This document shows positions 1-12,905 of a stretch of DNA of 64,000 bases, in pieces. Location: positions 19,468,001-19,532,000 of the forward strand of contig CM106585.1 of NCBI GenBank assembly GCA_048013815.1, given 5' to 3'. The notes under the pieces were generated by a model. That model had not been told where the DNA came from. It saw nothing but the letters and a program-made list of their open reading frames with translations, and ran no database searches. This stretch comes from Setoptus koraiensis. Its lineage: Eukaryota; Animalia; Arthropoda. Position 1 is the first letter of the stretch, and every line of letters begins with the position of its first letter. The position numbers and the translations under genes were made by a program.

Positions 1-189
1 AAGTCAGCTCCATTGTGCTGGATGCTGGCCGGTTGTTTGCGGCTGGGGGCCGCTCGAGCTTTATGGGGCCAACGGGTGAGCGGCAGCATCGTTGATTCAT
101 TAAATAGGTAAGTTGGTAAGGGGTAGCGGGCGAGCAGATTAGCATTATGCACTTGTCTACAGTACTACACATAATTAAATGTCACTTTC

Positions 190-410
190 ACTAGTTTCAA
201 TGACCTCGTGAGCCGTGAGAGTTTCTCGCTCTCTTCCTCGTGCGCGATTCCATTCTCTTGTCTGGTGTCATGTTCAGCGGTTGCTGGGGGCCGGGGACTG
301 GGGGCCAGCGGGGGCCGGCGGGGACCGGCGGGGACCGGGGCGCGCCGGAGAGAAGCCGAAAAGAGTTCATCGAGAACACACAGCGAACAGCGAAAAAGAT
401 TCTTTTACAG
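190..410 (+). other. Possible non-coding (5' UTR) exon containing a G-tract repeat
   Basis: Ends at CAG|GTAATG donor-like site (GT at 411), followed by (TG)n intron-like sequence; seven G4-5 tracts at 286-340; the start is approximate and the site could also be read as an acceptor. Confidence 0.25.
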
Positions 411-1430
411 GTAATGAGATGAGCGTTGGCTGAGCTGGTTATGTGCGCGTATTAGTTATTACGTAACGTTTAGATGCTCTTGTCGTCTGTAGTGCTCTGG
501 GTCGTTGTTTCATCACTACTTTTGAGAGCCCAACCGGGTTTGTGTGTGTGTGTGTGTGTGTGCATGTGTGTTTGTGTGCATTAATGGAGGCCCAAGTCAA
601 CTAACTAGCTGTCAATTGTAGTAGCCAGGCAGTGGCACAATCAACTTGTTATATGATTATATGCGCCCAATTCCGTTACACGCGCCCGGCAAGCGATAAC
701 ACGCTTGTATAGTACAGGTTATACAGGTAATCTAGGCAAGTTCAACGACCTTAAAAATTGTAACAGTGCCAGAGTGGTGTTGTCCTCTGTCAACCGCTGT
801 GCCCAGGTTATGTGTTTAGGTGCGACCAGTTGGAGCGCGGGGGCGGCCCAGGCACAGGCAAGATTTTCCGGCTAGCTTTTGCAGCGGCGCCGGCTTACAG
901 CAGAAACAACAACATCAACAACAACGACATATCAGCAGATATTTTGTAAACATTTTATGCAAGTGAACACGTGAAAATTTGCATACGTGTACAAGTGCGC
1001 TGCCACTGAATAACGTGCCAGCGACTAACTGTCAACTCGCGAACAGTTGAGTCGCGTTATCTTTTCACTAAAAGGTCACTTCCTCTATCTTGTCAACCTA
1101 CTCCAGTGTCTTGGCCTTACGTTGCTCATTCAGCACGGCTTAGGGGCGACGCATGAACTTTAAAATAACTTCATGCATATTTATGCACTATACACAATCA
1201 ACACAAACATATGGAAACACGTCCAGTAGCGACCTCAATTTACCTGTTCGCCGATCGCACAATATGTCCGGTTCGCGGGCCGCCGTATTATGCCGTCGTG
1301 TCGCATTTCGAGTAACTGCACGCGTTGCGCGCTCGCAATGCGCCCCATTAGAATGCGGCCGGCAATTAGCAGATGGAATCGGGATAGCGCAATCCGCCGA
1401 CTATTGGCCGATATCATTAGCGCACTATTA

Positions 1431-1485
1431 TCATCGCCGGTTATCGCCGGTTATCGCCGGTTATCGCTGGCTATCGCCGGATATC
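1431..1485. repeat. Tandem 10-mer (TTATCGCCGG) x5-6
   Basis: Directly visible tandem copies with single substitutions. Confidence 0.85.
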
Positions 1486-4400
1486 ATTACGCGATGATCG
1501 CGAAGTGACCTGGCACCTGTGTTTGCCAAGCTAATTCCGCGTGAAGTTCAACGGTTATGGCATCGGAATGAGCGCGAAGCGGGACACATATTTCAAGCGA
1601 AACGGATTGTCCAACGGTATTGGCTGACAAAACCGCGGGTATTGTCGAGTCGAGATTGCTGATCGGGGCGGGACACACGCCCTTTGCAGCGCGACCCTAA
1701 AGCGCTGGATCGATTGTGACCCGAAAAAGATACGCGGCATGTCAAGAGGATTTGCAGCATACGAACATGTCGCGCTGTCAGATAAACGCGTATCACGAAA
1801 CGGATAGTCGATCGAGTCGACGAACGGATTGCGAACGGATAAAAGGTTGCATCGGGCGAACTGTTGTGACTTTTACAAATCTGTGAACGAGCAGGCAAGT
1901 TGCGACGAACGAGCCAACGGATTATTTGTTTGAAGCCGATCAATTGACTTCTTTAGTGGACAGTGTGAGTGCTCTCGAATATCAGAATCATCGTTGCGAT
2001 GAAAACGGGTGGCTAATTAAACTTGCAAATGCCAACTTGCTGGCTTGTTGGCTGATTACAAAGAGGCAGCCGATGTTGTGGGCCCACCGGAAATCGATCG
2101 CAGTATGTCACTCGTGTGGCCATTTCAAGTGAGACTTGCCCTATTTATAAATCATATGTTTAGAACAGACCATCTTAGATGGCTTAACACGATTCGCGCG
2201 AACGCTCTCTAGCCAGAGTGGGAATCTCTCCGTGGCCGAGTTAGTCACTTAGCCCACTATGTTGTCGAAGGCGGCTTATCATCAATTGCACCGAAATTGG
2301 TGCACCGAATTAGTGGCGACCCGATGTGCCAGAAACTCGAATAACAAGCTCCTATTAAATCATTATCATCCAACGCTCGGGCACTTATTTGCTGCTAGAA
2401 ATAAACCAGAGTTTTCGTACATGGCTATTTGTGGCCGTATTTGAGTGCTCTATCCCAGGGTTTCTAGTTGTTAATTTGGCCGTGCCAGTAGCACAATACA
2501 GACCCGTGTCGGCCCCAGATATAAGGCTTGTAATCACCTATAATTTACCTGTCAGATGGCTCGCCACCGTATTGATATTAGAGAGCTTCATTATAAAGAG
2601 CGATCGTGAAACTGCTCGGCCATCATGATTGCATCGATCCAATATGGTCCCTCCGCTAGCAAGTTTTTTCGTGTCTGGTTCAGTGGTCTAGACTGGACCT
2701 GACATCAAAATACTGAAAATGTGTGATTCCAGGGATTTCGACCAAAAATGTAGCCTCTGTCTACTACAAAGTCTGTAGCCACAGGCGGTCTGGCCATGCC
2801 GTGATACTTTCCGAACACAATTTTGCCCTTTTACATTTCCATTTCACAGTTTTTTTTTGTGTCGTTTCCCAACGCTCACCAACTACAAAATTTTCTGCTC
2901 CAGTGCACTCGCCGCTACATAAGCTCTGATTTAAAGCCTTTGGGCTCTAGAGTCTGGAGTTTAGAGTCTGCAGTCTGCAGCTCAAATTACGAGCCGAGCT
3001 CGGTGGGGCTCGATTTCAAGTTCGGCGCAATCATTAGATTAGATACTATCTAACGGGTAGAGTTTGTGCTCGATAAAACAAAACGCCCATAGCACGCTAG
3101 CTCGGCTCGCTGCAATGGGGCTCGCCCAGCGATCGACCTTGACCACGGTAATGAGCGCTGAACGGGGTTGGCAAAAAACGCCAGCTATTACGGCCTCAAT
3201 CGAGCATCCCAAATTTATGGTTGTATTTACACATAACGCACCATATTGAGAGTTATTGAGCCATTGTGTCAGTGAGTCACTCAATGATTCATCGGTATCC
3301 AATCAATTGCGCCCAGTTGGCTCGGTATGGTCACTGGCGGAGGACGGAGCAAATTGAATGATTCGGTTTCATTTCTTGTGTCGACTCGAATCGGATCTGT
3401 TTGCGATCATGTGATGATTGAATTGAAAAAACAAGGCAGCAACACAAAAAAAAAGATGAACTTGTTTAATACAAGTTAGCAAACATAGCAGAAAGAAAAA
3501 ATCCAGTTTAGGCCTCGCAGTGTGTGAGGTCCGGGCTCCACTGATCGGATTATTGCTCCCGGGCCCCAACAATTGCCAACTAGCCTCGATTTGGCAGCTG
3601 ACAAATCTAACAGCCATGGATTTATCCCAATCTGTGTGCCAACTCTATCTGTGCTCATCAATAGATAGAGACAGATAGGGGATTTGGTTGAGACGTAAGC
3701 AGTGGCAGTTGCGCGCGCAAGCGAGAGCTTTGATTAATGCCCGGCACACAAATAATTATGGGGCCCCATTAATGAACTGGATAAATTGAACTGCTTGTCA
3801 GCCGGGCCCACAGTCGACCAATAGAGAGACGCGCCCTCGGAATAACAATGACAATCAATAATAATGTAATAATCAAGCTCAAGCAGCGATCGAGCAACCG
3901 AGTCGCAGCGAGAAATGCGACCTTGCATTCGATTGGGCGCCAGATAATTGTGCGTCTGCATTAATTAGCCTATTCATTTGTACATCGCACAGTTTATATC
4001 CAGACTGGGTATATCTAGTCAAACTAACTGCCTGTCTATTCCTCGTAAATTGTGATTGAAGCATGAAATTATCTGCTCAGGGCACTAATACGAACAACAA
4101 AGTGCAAACAAAAGTGCATAAAGGGCTACGCAAACACAAAGGAGAATATTCCCGAATATTCGGGCTACGTGCTCCCTTTTCTAGCGCCATGCTCATCCGA
4201 GCGATAAGTCCATTGCCAAGATTGTTGCAATTGCTAAATTCATTTGCTAGATTCAATGCCATCGGGCCTGATTGGAAAATTGTCAGTTTTCGTGGAGCGC
4301 ATTTCCACTTATTTATCGTCTTTTTCTCTGGTTGGCTCCACCGAAATTCTGTTGCCCACCGACAACTCACAAATGATTTTAAGATGGGCGCCAAACGAGG

Positions 4401-7400
4401 CCATCGGTTGCCTCGGGTCAGAGCACTGGTGCACGTCGAGGGGCACGCTGCCCAGACGGCTCGGCTGGACTGAATTATCGACTAGACCCGTTGGCCAGAA
4501 AATCAAGGGTCGGCCCAGAACAGCTTCGAGCTTCGCCCGTCGTCTAGACCAGAACACCGGTCTAGTGGGTGCTTCATGCCAACACCGACTACTACTGTGG
4601 CATGATCGAAGCACAGATAAATCTGCAAAAAGTGTGGAGTGTTTTATGTATTCACGTCACATCGCTTATAGCTAAATTATGCAAATTGCCAATAGTTTTC
4701 GCACCTCACGAGCCCTCTTTCTTTGTCCACAGGGCACACCATTGTCGTCTGGCGCTAACTAAATTTGAAAACTCTCAACTCAAAATGGACAAACAAAAAG
4801 TAATGGCGGTGAATACTTACCCACTTCATTGAGTTTGTTGCTGTTTTTTTAACGGATATTATCTGTTTATAGGAATGTTTGCTGTTTGTGTTTCGTCGCT
4901 TTTGTCACAATGTCGTTATAGTTATTTGAATCGTGGCTCGTCCTCATGAATACATAGCAACGCTCGAACTTGATTCAATGGATGCCATCGACATATTCGT
5001 TTCCGTTGTTTTTTCTGAATGGGCGCCAGTGATACAATTAAAGTTTATATCGGAGAGTTGCAACGCCAAATGGAGTTCGGGTGCAAAATCCAAGTGGTTG
5101 CAAGCAAAGTTTGGCCGTAAAATGAATTATGGATGATGAAAAAACAATTGAAGCAGGGTGAAACAAACAGAGATGCAGCTAATTTATTGATTTATTTGTA
5201 GACTCTTCGAATTCAAGGTTGTAGCTCGCGATACTTCTCTTCGCCCGAAATCGTCTTTTCGAGGTTTCTCACACGTCTCATACGTTGCAGTACGTGAAGT
5301 AGGTGCGTCTGAAGAGTTCATAGACAGTTTTTTGAAGTTCACTTACCTCTAGCGAGTGCCACGAGCGAAATTCCAGCGATCTGAAATGGTAATTTCTGCG
5401 TGCTGCTGGATACTAATTTTAACAAACGATAAGCAGATCTCGTCTAGCGTGTCTGTCGAGAGAATAACAACAGTCGGGTTAGGTCCACAATGTTTGGTGG
5501 TTGCTGTTGTCGTGCGTTTTTTTTTTTTGAAAAAATCCAGTGCAACAAACAACGAGAAACACAATAATTTGTCAAGTTTGCGTTACCTGATTCTTTGTTA
5601 TCCAACGATGCTGGTGGCGCTATTGTTCTAATGCTTTTCTTTTCGAAGGTCGCTCAACGGCCTATGGGTTCAGCGGATAATAGATGTGGATATTCTAATT
5701 ACGCTATTGGCAACATTAGCGTTGAGAAAATATGCTTAATTAATTAATTGTTTGTTTAGCTTGAATTATCTCGCACAAATACCGCTGTACAAAACAATGG
5801 AAGTGTGTATGCGACGCCAAAAACAATTATAATCGCTCGTTGTATTGTGTTGTTTGTGATTTCGTTACTTAACAGGTGAGTGTTCGAATGTTTCATTGTT
5901 ATTAATGGTCGGGAAATCTCCCCTATTAGCTACTTCCAATGTTTGTTAGCAGATGCAAACAGGCCAAATGGGTCCCCAATTTCGCTCTCAATTTGCTACT
6001 TCTTGGCTTGGATACTGCCACTGTGAACAGTAGTTTCCTTGTTGATTGTTCTCTGTCGCTGGGTGCTTTGTTTATGTTGTTGTTGTGTGCCCTTATTGCA
6101 GATCGGCGGATAATTTGGAAAATGTGAAAAATGATTTGCGATTCGTTGTATTTGTATGTTTCAAAGTTGCTCCTCGACCGACCAGTTAACTGACTGACTG
6201 AGTTTGTTGGCTGCCTCACAGTTATGTTATAGTCGCGTTGACGGACACGCTCATTCCGATCCAATTGTGCGCAGTCTCGCTAAACCTTGAAAATGTCGCC
6301 CAACTGTCTCAACTGGGGCCCCGTAGGAATTTAACGCGCAAACGCAGTTTGTGGCAACGATTCGCGCCCCACTGTGTAACCGCCATTCATTCATTGAAAT
6401 TTCGTGGGTCTTGTCTTGTGTGTGTGTGTGTGTGTTATGATTACCAGCAGAATGAAGCGAACAAGCATACATATACATGTACAACAATGACGCATGGATA
6501 ATGTAGCCAGCGAAACAGGTAGCATTGCATAACTGACAGTACTGACGTATTGCGCAATGTTTGCACGCTGGCAAGCAGTGCGTTTATTCTTAAAGCCAGG
6601 AAGTGCTCATTGTGAGCAACTAATGAATATTGTTTATTAGTGGCTTGTTTGCGTTTGTGCCCCCATTGCTCAGCTGGCCAGCCGTATCAGTGTGATTAGC
6701 AGCTGCTGTTGAATTATATTGGTTTATAACTGTTAATTTGGGGCCAGCTTGAAATGGGGGCCCTTTCTGTTGGCGTTGTTGAACGAACAACAACGCTCGT
6801 CGGTCAATATTGGCTGACCACTGAATCAATAGCGGCGCGATTCGGCCGGAATATTGCACAATAAACTGGCCCGAGAGGCCAGTTTGTTTGTCACTGCGGC
6901 CCGCCGGATTGTTGCGATTGCGGCGATTGTCGCGATGGCCGGAACCGCGAGATTTTCATCCCAAGTCTTGAATCGCAGTCCAATACAAAATATCATACAT
7001 GTTGCGACCGCATGCAAACAACTGTCTGTTTAAACTTAAACCGAAGCCAGGAAGTGGCGCACTCTGTTGAGCCAGTCGGCCCCCAGCGAGCCCAATCCGA
7101 CGAGATGCCGGCGAAATTCTTGTTCGCTTCCATGTTTGGTCCGTATTTAATCATCAATCTTGGCGCAATGCTGCTGCTGCAAAATGACCACTCGCTGCCG
7201 GGTTGACCTTTGCAAGACGCGAGCCTAGTTCCTGGCCAGATACTATCTGGCCAGCAGATAGCGCGCAGAGGAGCCGAAAGGGCCGAAAAGGCCGAAAGGG
7301 GCGAGCTCTATCACGTATTGCGCCGTCTAATCATTTCGGTCAGTTGGAGCCCTTTTCTGAGAAAAGTTTTCTCTCATATATCGCACATTCATATCGCCAT

Positions 7401-8340
7401 TATCGTGTTCGCGTGGAGTGCTCATGAACGAATGCGAATTATATGCAAAACAGCAAATGAATTATGCCAGCCAATTTGTAATTGCAAGACCGCTGGCGCC
7501 CACTTTCGGCCCTATCATGGGCAACTGAGACGCTCCAGACCGCCGGCAGCCGGTTGAGCGCATTACTGGGCTGGCCCCCAGCTATTTTCTCGGCCGTCCA
7601 CAAGATGTATGGCCGGCGATAAACTACTTGTTCTGGTTCACTTCAACTGCAATCAAGCAATCGTGTTTCGTCGACCGGCCAACGACATACGTCCAAGATA
7701 AAGTTTATCTCTCGAGCCGCCAATGTTGTTGCTGGGCTCGTATAATGCGAGTCGTGTATTGCAGCCGATGACCGGCACTCATGGTCATTTTCCCGACTGA
7801 AGTGGGCATCGCGATGATTGAAATGATGTGTGCGATATTGCAATGAAATTATCGCGTCTCATCGCACTCGATCATCGGCCGACACTGGACCGAAGTCCGA
7901 ACGCACTTGCAAACAACCGGTCTGGGCCGAGCACTGGACAGCGCGGCCAACGAGTCATATGTTTCGTAGCGGGTTCTCTGTCAGATGTCACAAAACTACA
8001 AATTTTGACAGCTCCACCAGTGGCAGTTGGGGACGGGCAAAGCCAGTGAGCGCTCGTTCTAATTGACCGGCCGAGCACCACAATAATCTCTCATTAATAA
8101 CTGTGTAATATCTGTCAAATTATCATGTTGTACAATGTTATTGCTGTTTTACATTATTTGTTGTTGACATTGCAGTTGTTTGAGATCCAGTTCACTAGAT
8201 CTCGGCTGCCAACTGTCGCTCTCACAGCCGATGATTGATGTTAATCAGTTGATATTATCACATTAGCGCAGATACACGGCGAAAGTGAGTGGCGAGCCGA
8301 ACAGCGAGCAGTTTTCAACAAACGCACACACGCGCCAAAC

Positions 8341-8410
8341 GAACGGATAAATGGCAAACGAACGGATAAATGGCAAAAGAACGGATAAATGCACAACAAA
8401 CGGATAAATA
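8341..8410. repeat. Tandem ~19-mer (GAACGGATAAATGGCAAAC) x4, degenerating
   Basis: Core AACGGATAAAT repeated four times. Confidence 0.8.
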
Positions 8411-9835
8411 CAAGTACAACAACAAATGGCTCTCATCGGACGCAAAGCCCCGGGGGGATCAGTCAGTTGTAATATGCGCCAGTGGTGACAATGTTGCCCT
8501 GACACCGACAACGGAAAACAACCGTTAGTCAAGTGACATGTCACTGGAAAAAGTCACAAGTCAATGACTTCTTACTTTCAGTTGAATGAACTCCCCCGCC
8601 CCTCGCTCTGTCCGTGTGACTCTCTTGACACAGACCCATAATCCACGGCGCCCCATCATCATCTTGGCGAGACAGAGCGCGCCCGAAATGAGCGCAACTC
8701 GGCCGCGCAACGCGCGTCCTCCATTCATTAATCACATAATTTACCTGACTACGTAATGTAATAAATTAATTGTTTGCAACTAAGTGCGCTCGCACGCCGC
8801 CCGAACAATGCTCATTGGGTGTCATCAGCACCTGACGGCCGTGTTATCCGGTTCGGAGAAGATTGCTTTTTGATTAGTTTTTTTTTCTGTTCTGTTTTGT
8901 TCTGTTCTTTCGGTTGGAACTAAAGCGGCAACAACCAAAACTGAGTTTATGAGCGTGTAACGCGATGCTGTAAATTTCCTGTCTACGACAAATACTGTTC
9001 TGAAATACTGTACTGAGCGTTTTTTCGGGACGAAATTTAATCCGTCATTCGATGAACTTATCGCTCTAATTGCCACCAGTCTCGTCCAAGACTTTGAGTG
9101 GACGCGCGAAACAGTGTTACGCAACCTATCGACGCGCCCCCAATAAAATCGCCACTTGCTGTCGGTGTGTCACTCGAAGTGGGGGCGCCACTAGCGCTCT
9201 TGATGGGGCCCCAACAGTCGGCTGCAATTGGGATGTTTGCTGCGAGCTCAAACCCGACGAGACTGGCCAGAAAAGGGAGCGCTCAAACGGTTTGAGTCAG
9301 ACCGAACTCAATGCAAACAGGGCAATCATTACTGTATGTAAAACGCACAATGGGGGCGCTGCGGGGACAGACCTTGGAAATGGGATGTCTCGATCGATCA
9401 AAATGTCTTTGCGCGATGCGCATGAATAGTGGGCAAAATCGACACGGCCTTCGATGCTGGGCCCCATCGGCCGGCTGACCGGCCGGCGGGGCGCCCAGAT
9501 AATGGACAAACGGCGGGCCCAAGGTCGGCTGGGCATGGTTCGCTGAGTGAGAATTATTCATTTATCGCAAAATGAATGGCACAATCAGTGAATGAATTGA
9601 ATCTAATTAAATGCAGTCTCAACACTGAATCATTTATCATGCATCGTCAAGTTGTTCGCTGTGCGCCCACAACAATCGACGAGCCAGCCGATAAAGCAAA
9701 TGGTTTTCGGAAAAAGAAAAAATTTTTTTTTTTCCAACCTTGAGCACGCCCCGGCGGCCCACACTCACAGTATAGTCACGTGATCGTTAATTTTGTGTTT
9801 GCGCTGGCTTCGCGTCGAATCTCGCCCCCTATGTG

Positions 9836-9905
9836 ATGCATATATATCTGGATATGTGCATATATCTGGATATGCGCATGTATCTGGATATGTGCATATC
9901 CAGAT
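9836..9905. repeat. Tandem ~18-mer (ATGTGCATATATCTGGAT) x3 ending in a palindrome
   Basis: Visible copies; terminal TATCTGGATATG-TG-CATATCCAGATA has perfect 12-bp arms. Confidence 0.8.
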
Positions 9906-10740
9906 ATTTGCTTTACAAGGTTGTTAGACACACTTTGCGCGCGTCTGCCGCTTCGTATGGGCCGCTGCTGGCGCTGTTTATCCGGCCAGTTGCCGGCCGA
10001 ACAGCGGCGCCGTCGACGACAGCGACAAAACCACTGTTTTCACTCGCGCTGATTGATCCCCCTCGAGGCCCCGGCCCCCTCCCGATTGTGTCTTGGGGCG
10101 CTGCAGGCGGCCGTTTCGGTGGCAACGTGGCGACGTTTTTAAGTTTCACAAGTTGCTGCCGAGCCGACAAGTTGTGCGCATTTCGGTGACCTTTACGCTG
10201 CACTGCGATGAATATTTAATTAGCGACGATAATTTAATCAGGCAACAATCGGTGCGACTCTGGGGGCCAGCAAGGGGGCCAGCGGACAAGTGTGCGTCCA
10301 GCGTGCAGGCTCGTTGATTGGGGCGCCATAAAATTGACCGAGATGGCGGGTGTCAATTAAGCGAAGGCAAATAATTATTATTGTTTGCGCCATAGACACT
10401 TGCCGCTGACGGCTTGTTCACCTGTCGGGTCGGTCGTTGTTGACTCACGCTCCATTGGCCAGTGCCCATTCAGAGTTCGTTGCACCGTGTTCGGCTCGTT
10501 CGCTCGATTTATTCGCCCTTGCTCAGGTGAGCCTCTGCCGGCCTCTACAGCCTCGCCGCAGACATGGCGCCGCAATGAGCGGGGGCCCGCGTCGAAGTAG
10601 TAATCAGAGATAGTGACCGTTTAATTAGATTCCGCGCGCGCAGTGTATCAGTTACACCAGCGAGCGCATTAAATCATCGTAGTTCGGCCACTGGCCACCA
10701 TGGGACGGCCGTGTTTGCACTTGTTTGTTTGCCTGTCTTG

Positions 10741-10865
10741 CTGTTCGTTCGCGGCCTCGCTGCTCGATCAGCGGCCTCGCTGCTCGTTCGCGGCCTCGCT
10801 GCTCGTTCGCGGCCTCGCTGCTCGTTCGCGGTTTCGCTGTTCGTTTGGGGCCTCGCTGCTCGTTC
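10741..10865. repeat. Minisatellite, 19-mer (GCGGCCTCGCTGCTCGTTC) x~6
   Basis: Head-to-tail copies with no unique spacers. Confidence 0.85.
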
Positions 10866-12789
10866 AATGGCTCGGTGTTTGTTTGCTCGTGCATAATGTG
10901 CCGCATCGAGCAGCTAGCGGCAACTTGAGCGCAGCACAACGATAACACGCCAACGATCCATTGTGCGCCTGATTTGATTTATTAAGCCGTCTCGTGGCAC
11001 CTTGGCGGGCGAAGGCGACGAAGGCCACCGAAACAACAGCCAGCCAAACAAGGCCCCGCTGGTAATTTGCTTTTTGCTCCAACAATCTAATCGGCGCTTG
11101 TTTGCGCCAAGTGGCCAAGTGTAAATCTAGCCACTCGAGCCACCGAATTGAAATGAGCTGTTACAAGTTAAGCTGCGTGAACACTGTCATGAACACTGGT
11201 CACTCACCTGGCCGCTGGCGGAGCTCCGAAGTGAATGACCGCCACGAAGTGCCAGCCACTGAGGCCCCAACCGACTGACTCTTGCCTCTGGGCCCGCTCG
11301 TTTCAGCGCGCAGTCACATTTCGCTGATCGTGACTGATCTCATCTGATCGCGCCTCTGATCTCGGCTCGACCGAGCTCGACTGAGCTGCGTGATCAACTG
11401 AACTCGACTGAGCTGTGTGATAAACTGAACTGATCAAATCCAATTCGATTCGATCCTATCCGATCGCATCTAATCTCATCGCCTGTCGTCACAGCAGCAT
11501 CGTATCAGCGCGCAAATTGTGACAGTCGCGTCGCTGGCACATTATCAAACGCGATCTAGCCAAGCTTAAAGTCTTGTATCATACAACGGTGGCCAGATAA
11601 ATGTCGCACAGACACAAGCGAGGCCCCACTTTTATCAGTAAGTGCATAAACCGCGAGCGCACCCAGTCATTGAGGCCTGTAATGGCGCAATTTAGAATTA
11701 ACTCGTCAATCTTGCTCATACGCCACCAACCGATAATGCCCACCACATCCAACGGCGCACGACGGCATGAATGGCGCCCAGCGCGATCTATTTCTTTCTT
11801 TCTTCTCTGTCCGGCCATGGCAAGCACTGTTTTCCGGCCACTAGGGTCACAAAGTTGCATAATGAGCTAGTGCACGCCATAATAACTGGATGCAGATTAT
11901 TTATTCAGCAGTGTCGCCGCCGGAAAATCGGCCGGCTCATTGGAAGCAGCAGTCTAGTTTGTCTTGTCGCAATTTGGGGCCCCCATCAGCGATGAAAGCA
12001 GATTGAATGTTACAATCGTCTTTCACTGGTGTCGGCAACATTAAACACTGCTGGCCATAACTGGACTATCTGTGTGAACGACTTTTCAAAGTTGCTCAGT
12101 GGCCAAATTAGAATCGACATCGATCCAAACTAATTGCACGTGCGCGCTTTGATTGATTCAGCCAGATTTTGTATATTTATGCACCTCCAAAAGGCACGCA
12201 CGATCCATGGATCAATTTTAAAAGATAATTCATCATAGTCTGTGATTCACAGATTAATCAATAGCTCATTTCTATCATCAGGTAGACAAGAAAATAATCG
12301 CATTGCAACACAATTTGCATAGCGGTCTGCAGTAGACGGCTGTGCAGAATAGCAAAATATCCCAACTGCCAGAGCAGCGTCGTTATTAAATCGGTATTAT
12401 CAGCCGTAGAGGTAAATATAGAAATTTAGCTTTGAATAACCTGCTTGAATATTCACACATCGCGAGGCCCGTGTCCGATTATCATAGTGCGCGAGTTATT
12501 GAACTATGGAATTTGATTCAACTCTCAACACGGAGATAACAACCTTTTGTTGGCGTATCCGCATCCGCTTCCGATATTTTATCGCCCGATCAACAATCCA
12601 GGCAAGCTATTTTGGGCAAAATGTAGAGGATTAAAAGTTTACAGTAATCACATCAGCAGCTTAGTTGAAGGCAGAAACTTCAAATTTATAACTAGTGCTT
12701 GAAACCATACGAGCCACCTTCACCTGAGGCCACTCTTATTTGAGGCTGAATTCGAGGGTGGTAGCTATTTTTCGAATCAGGCAACAAAA

Positions 12790-12905
12790 CTAACAACGAC
12801 AACAACAACAACAACAACATTAACGAAAACAACAACAACAACAGCTACAGCAACGATAACAACATTAACGAAAACAACGAAAAACAACAACGACAGCAAC
12901 AACGG
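12790..12905. repeat. (AAC)n-type microsatellite
   Basis: Imperfect AAC/GAC triplet run. Confidence 0.8.

Noticed and set aside
5347-5410. Minus-strand frame KLPFQIAGISL resembling human CLPX KLLQIAGIS, ending at a perfect GAG|GTAAGT donor
   Set aside because: Lies 32 kb beyond the ClpX stop, match is only ~8 residues; the donor may mark a real small exon but no gene can be assigned
10741-10865. Regular 19-bp repeats as a CRISPR-like array (likewise 19008-19134 and 8341-8410)
   Set aside because: Units are head-to-tail with no unique spacers, no cas genes, eukaryotic context
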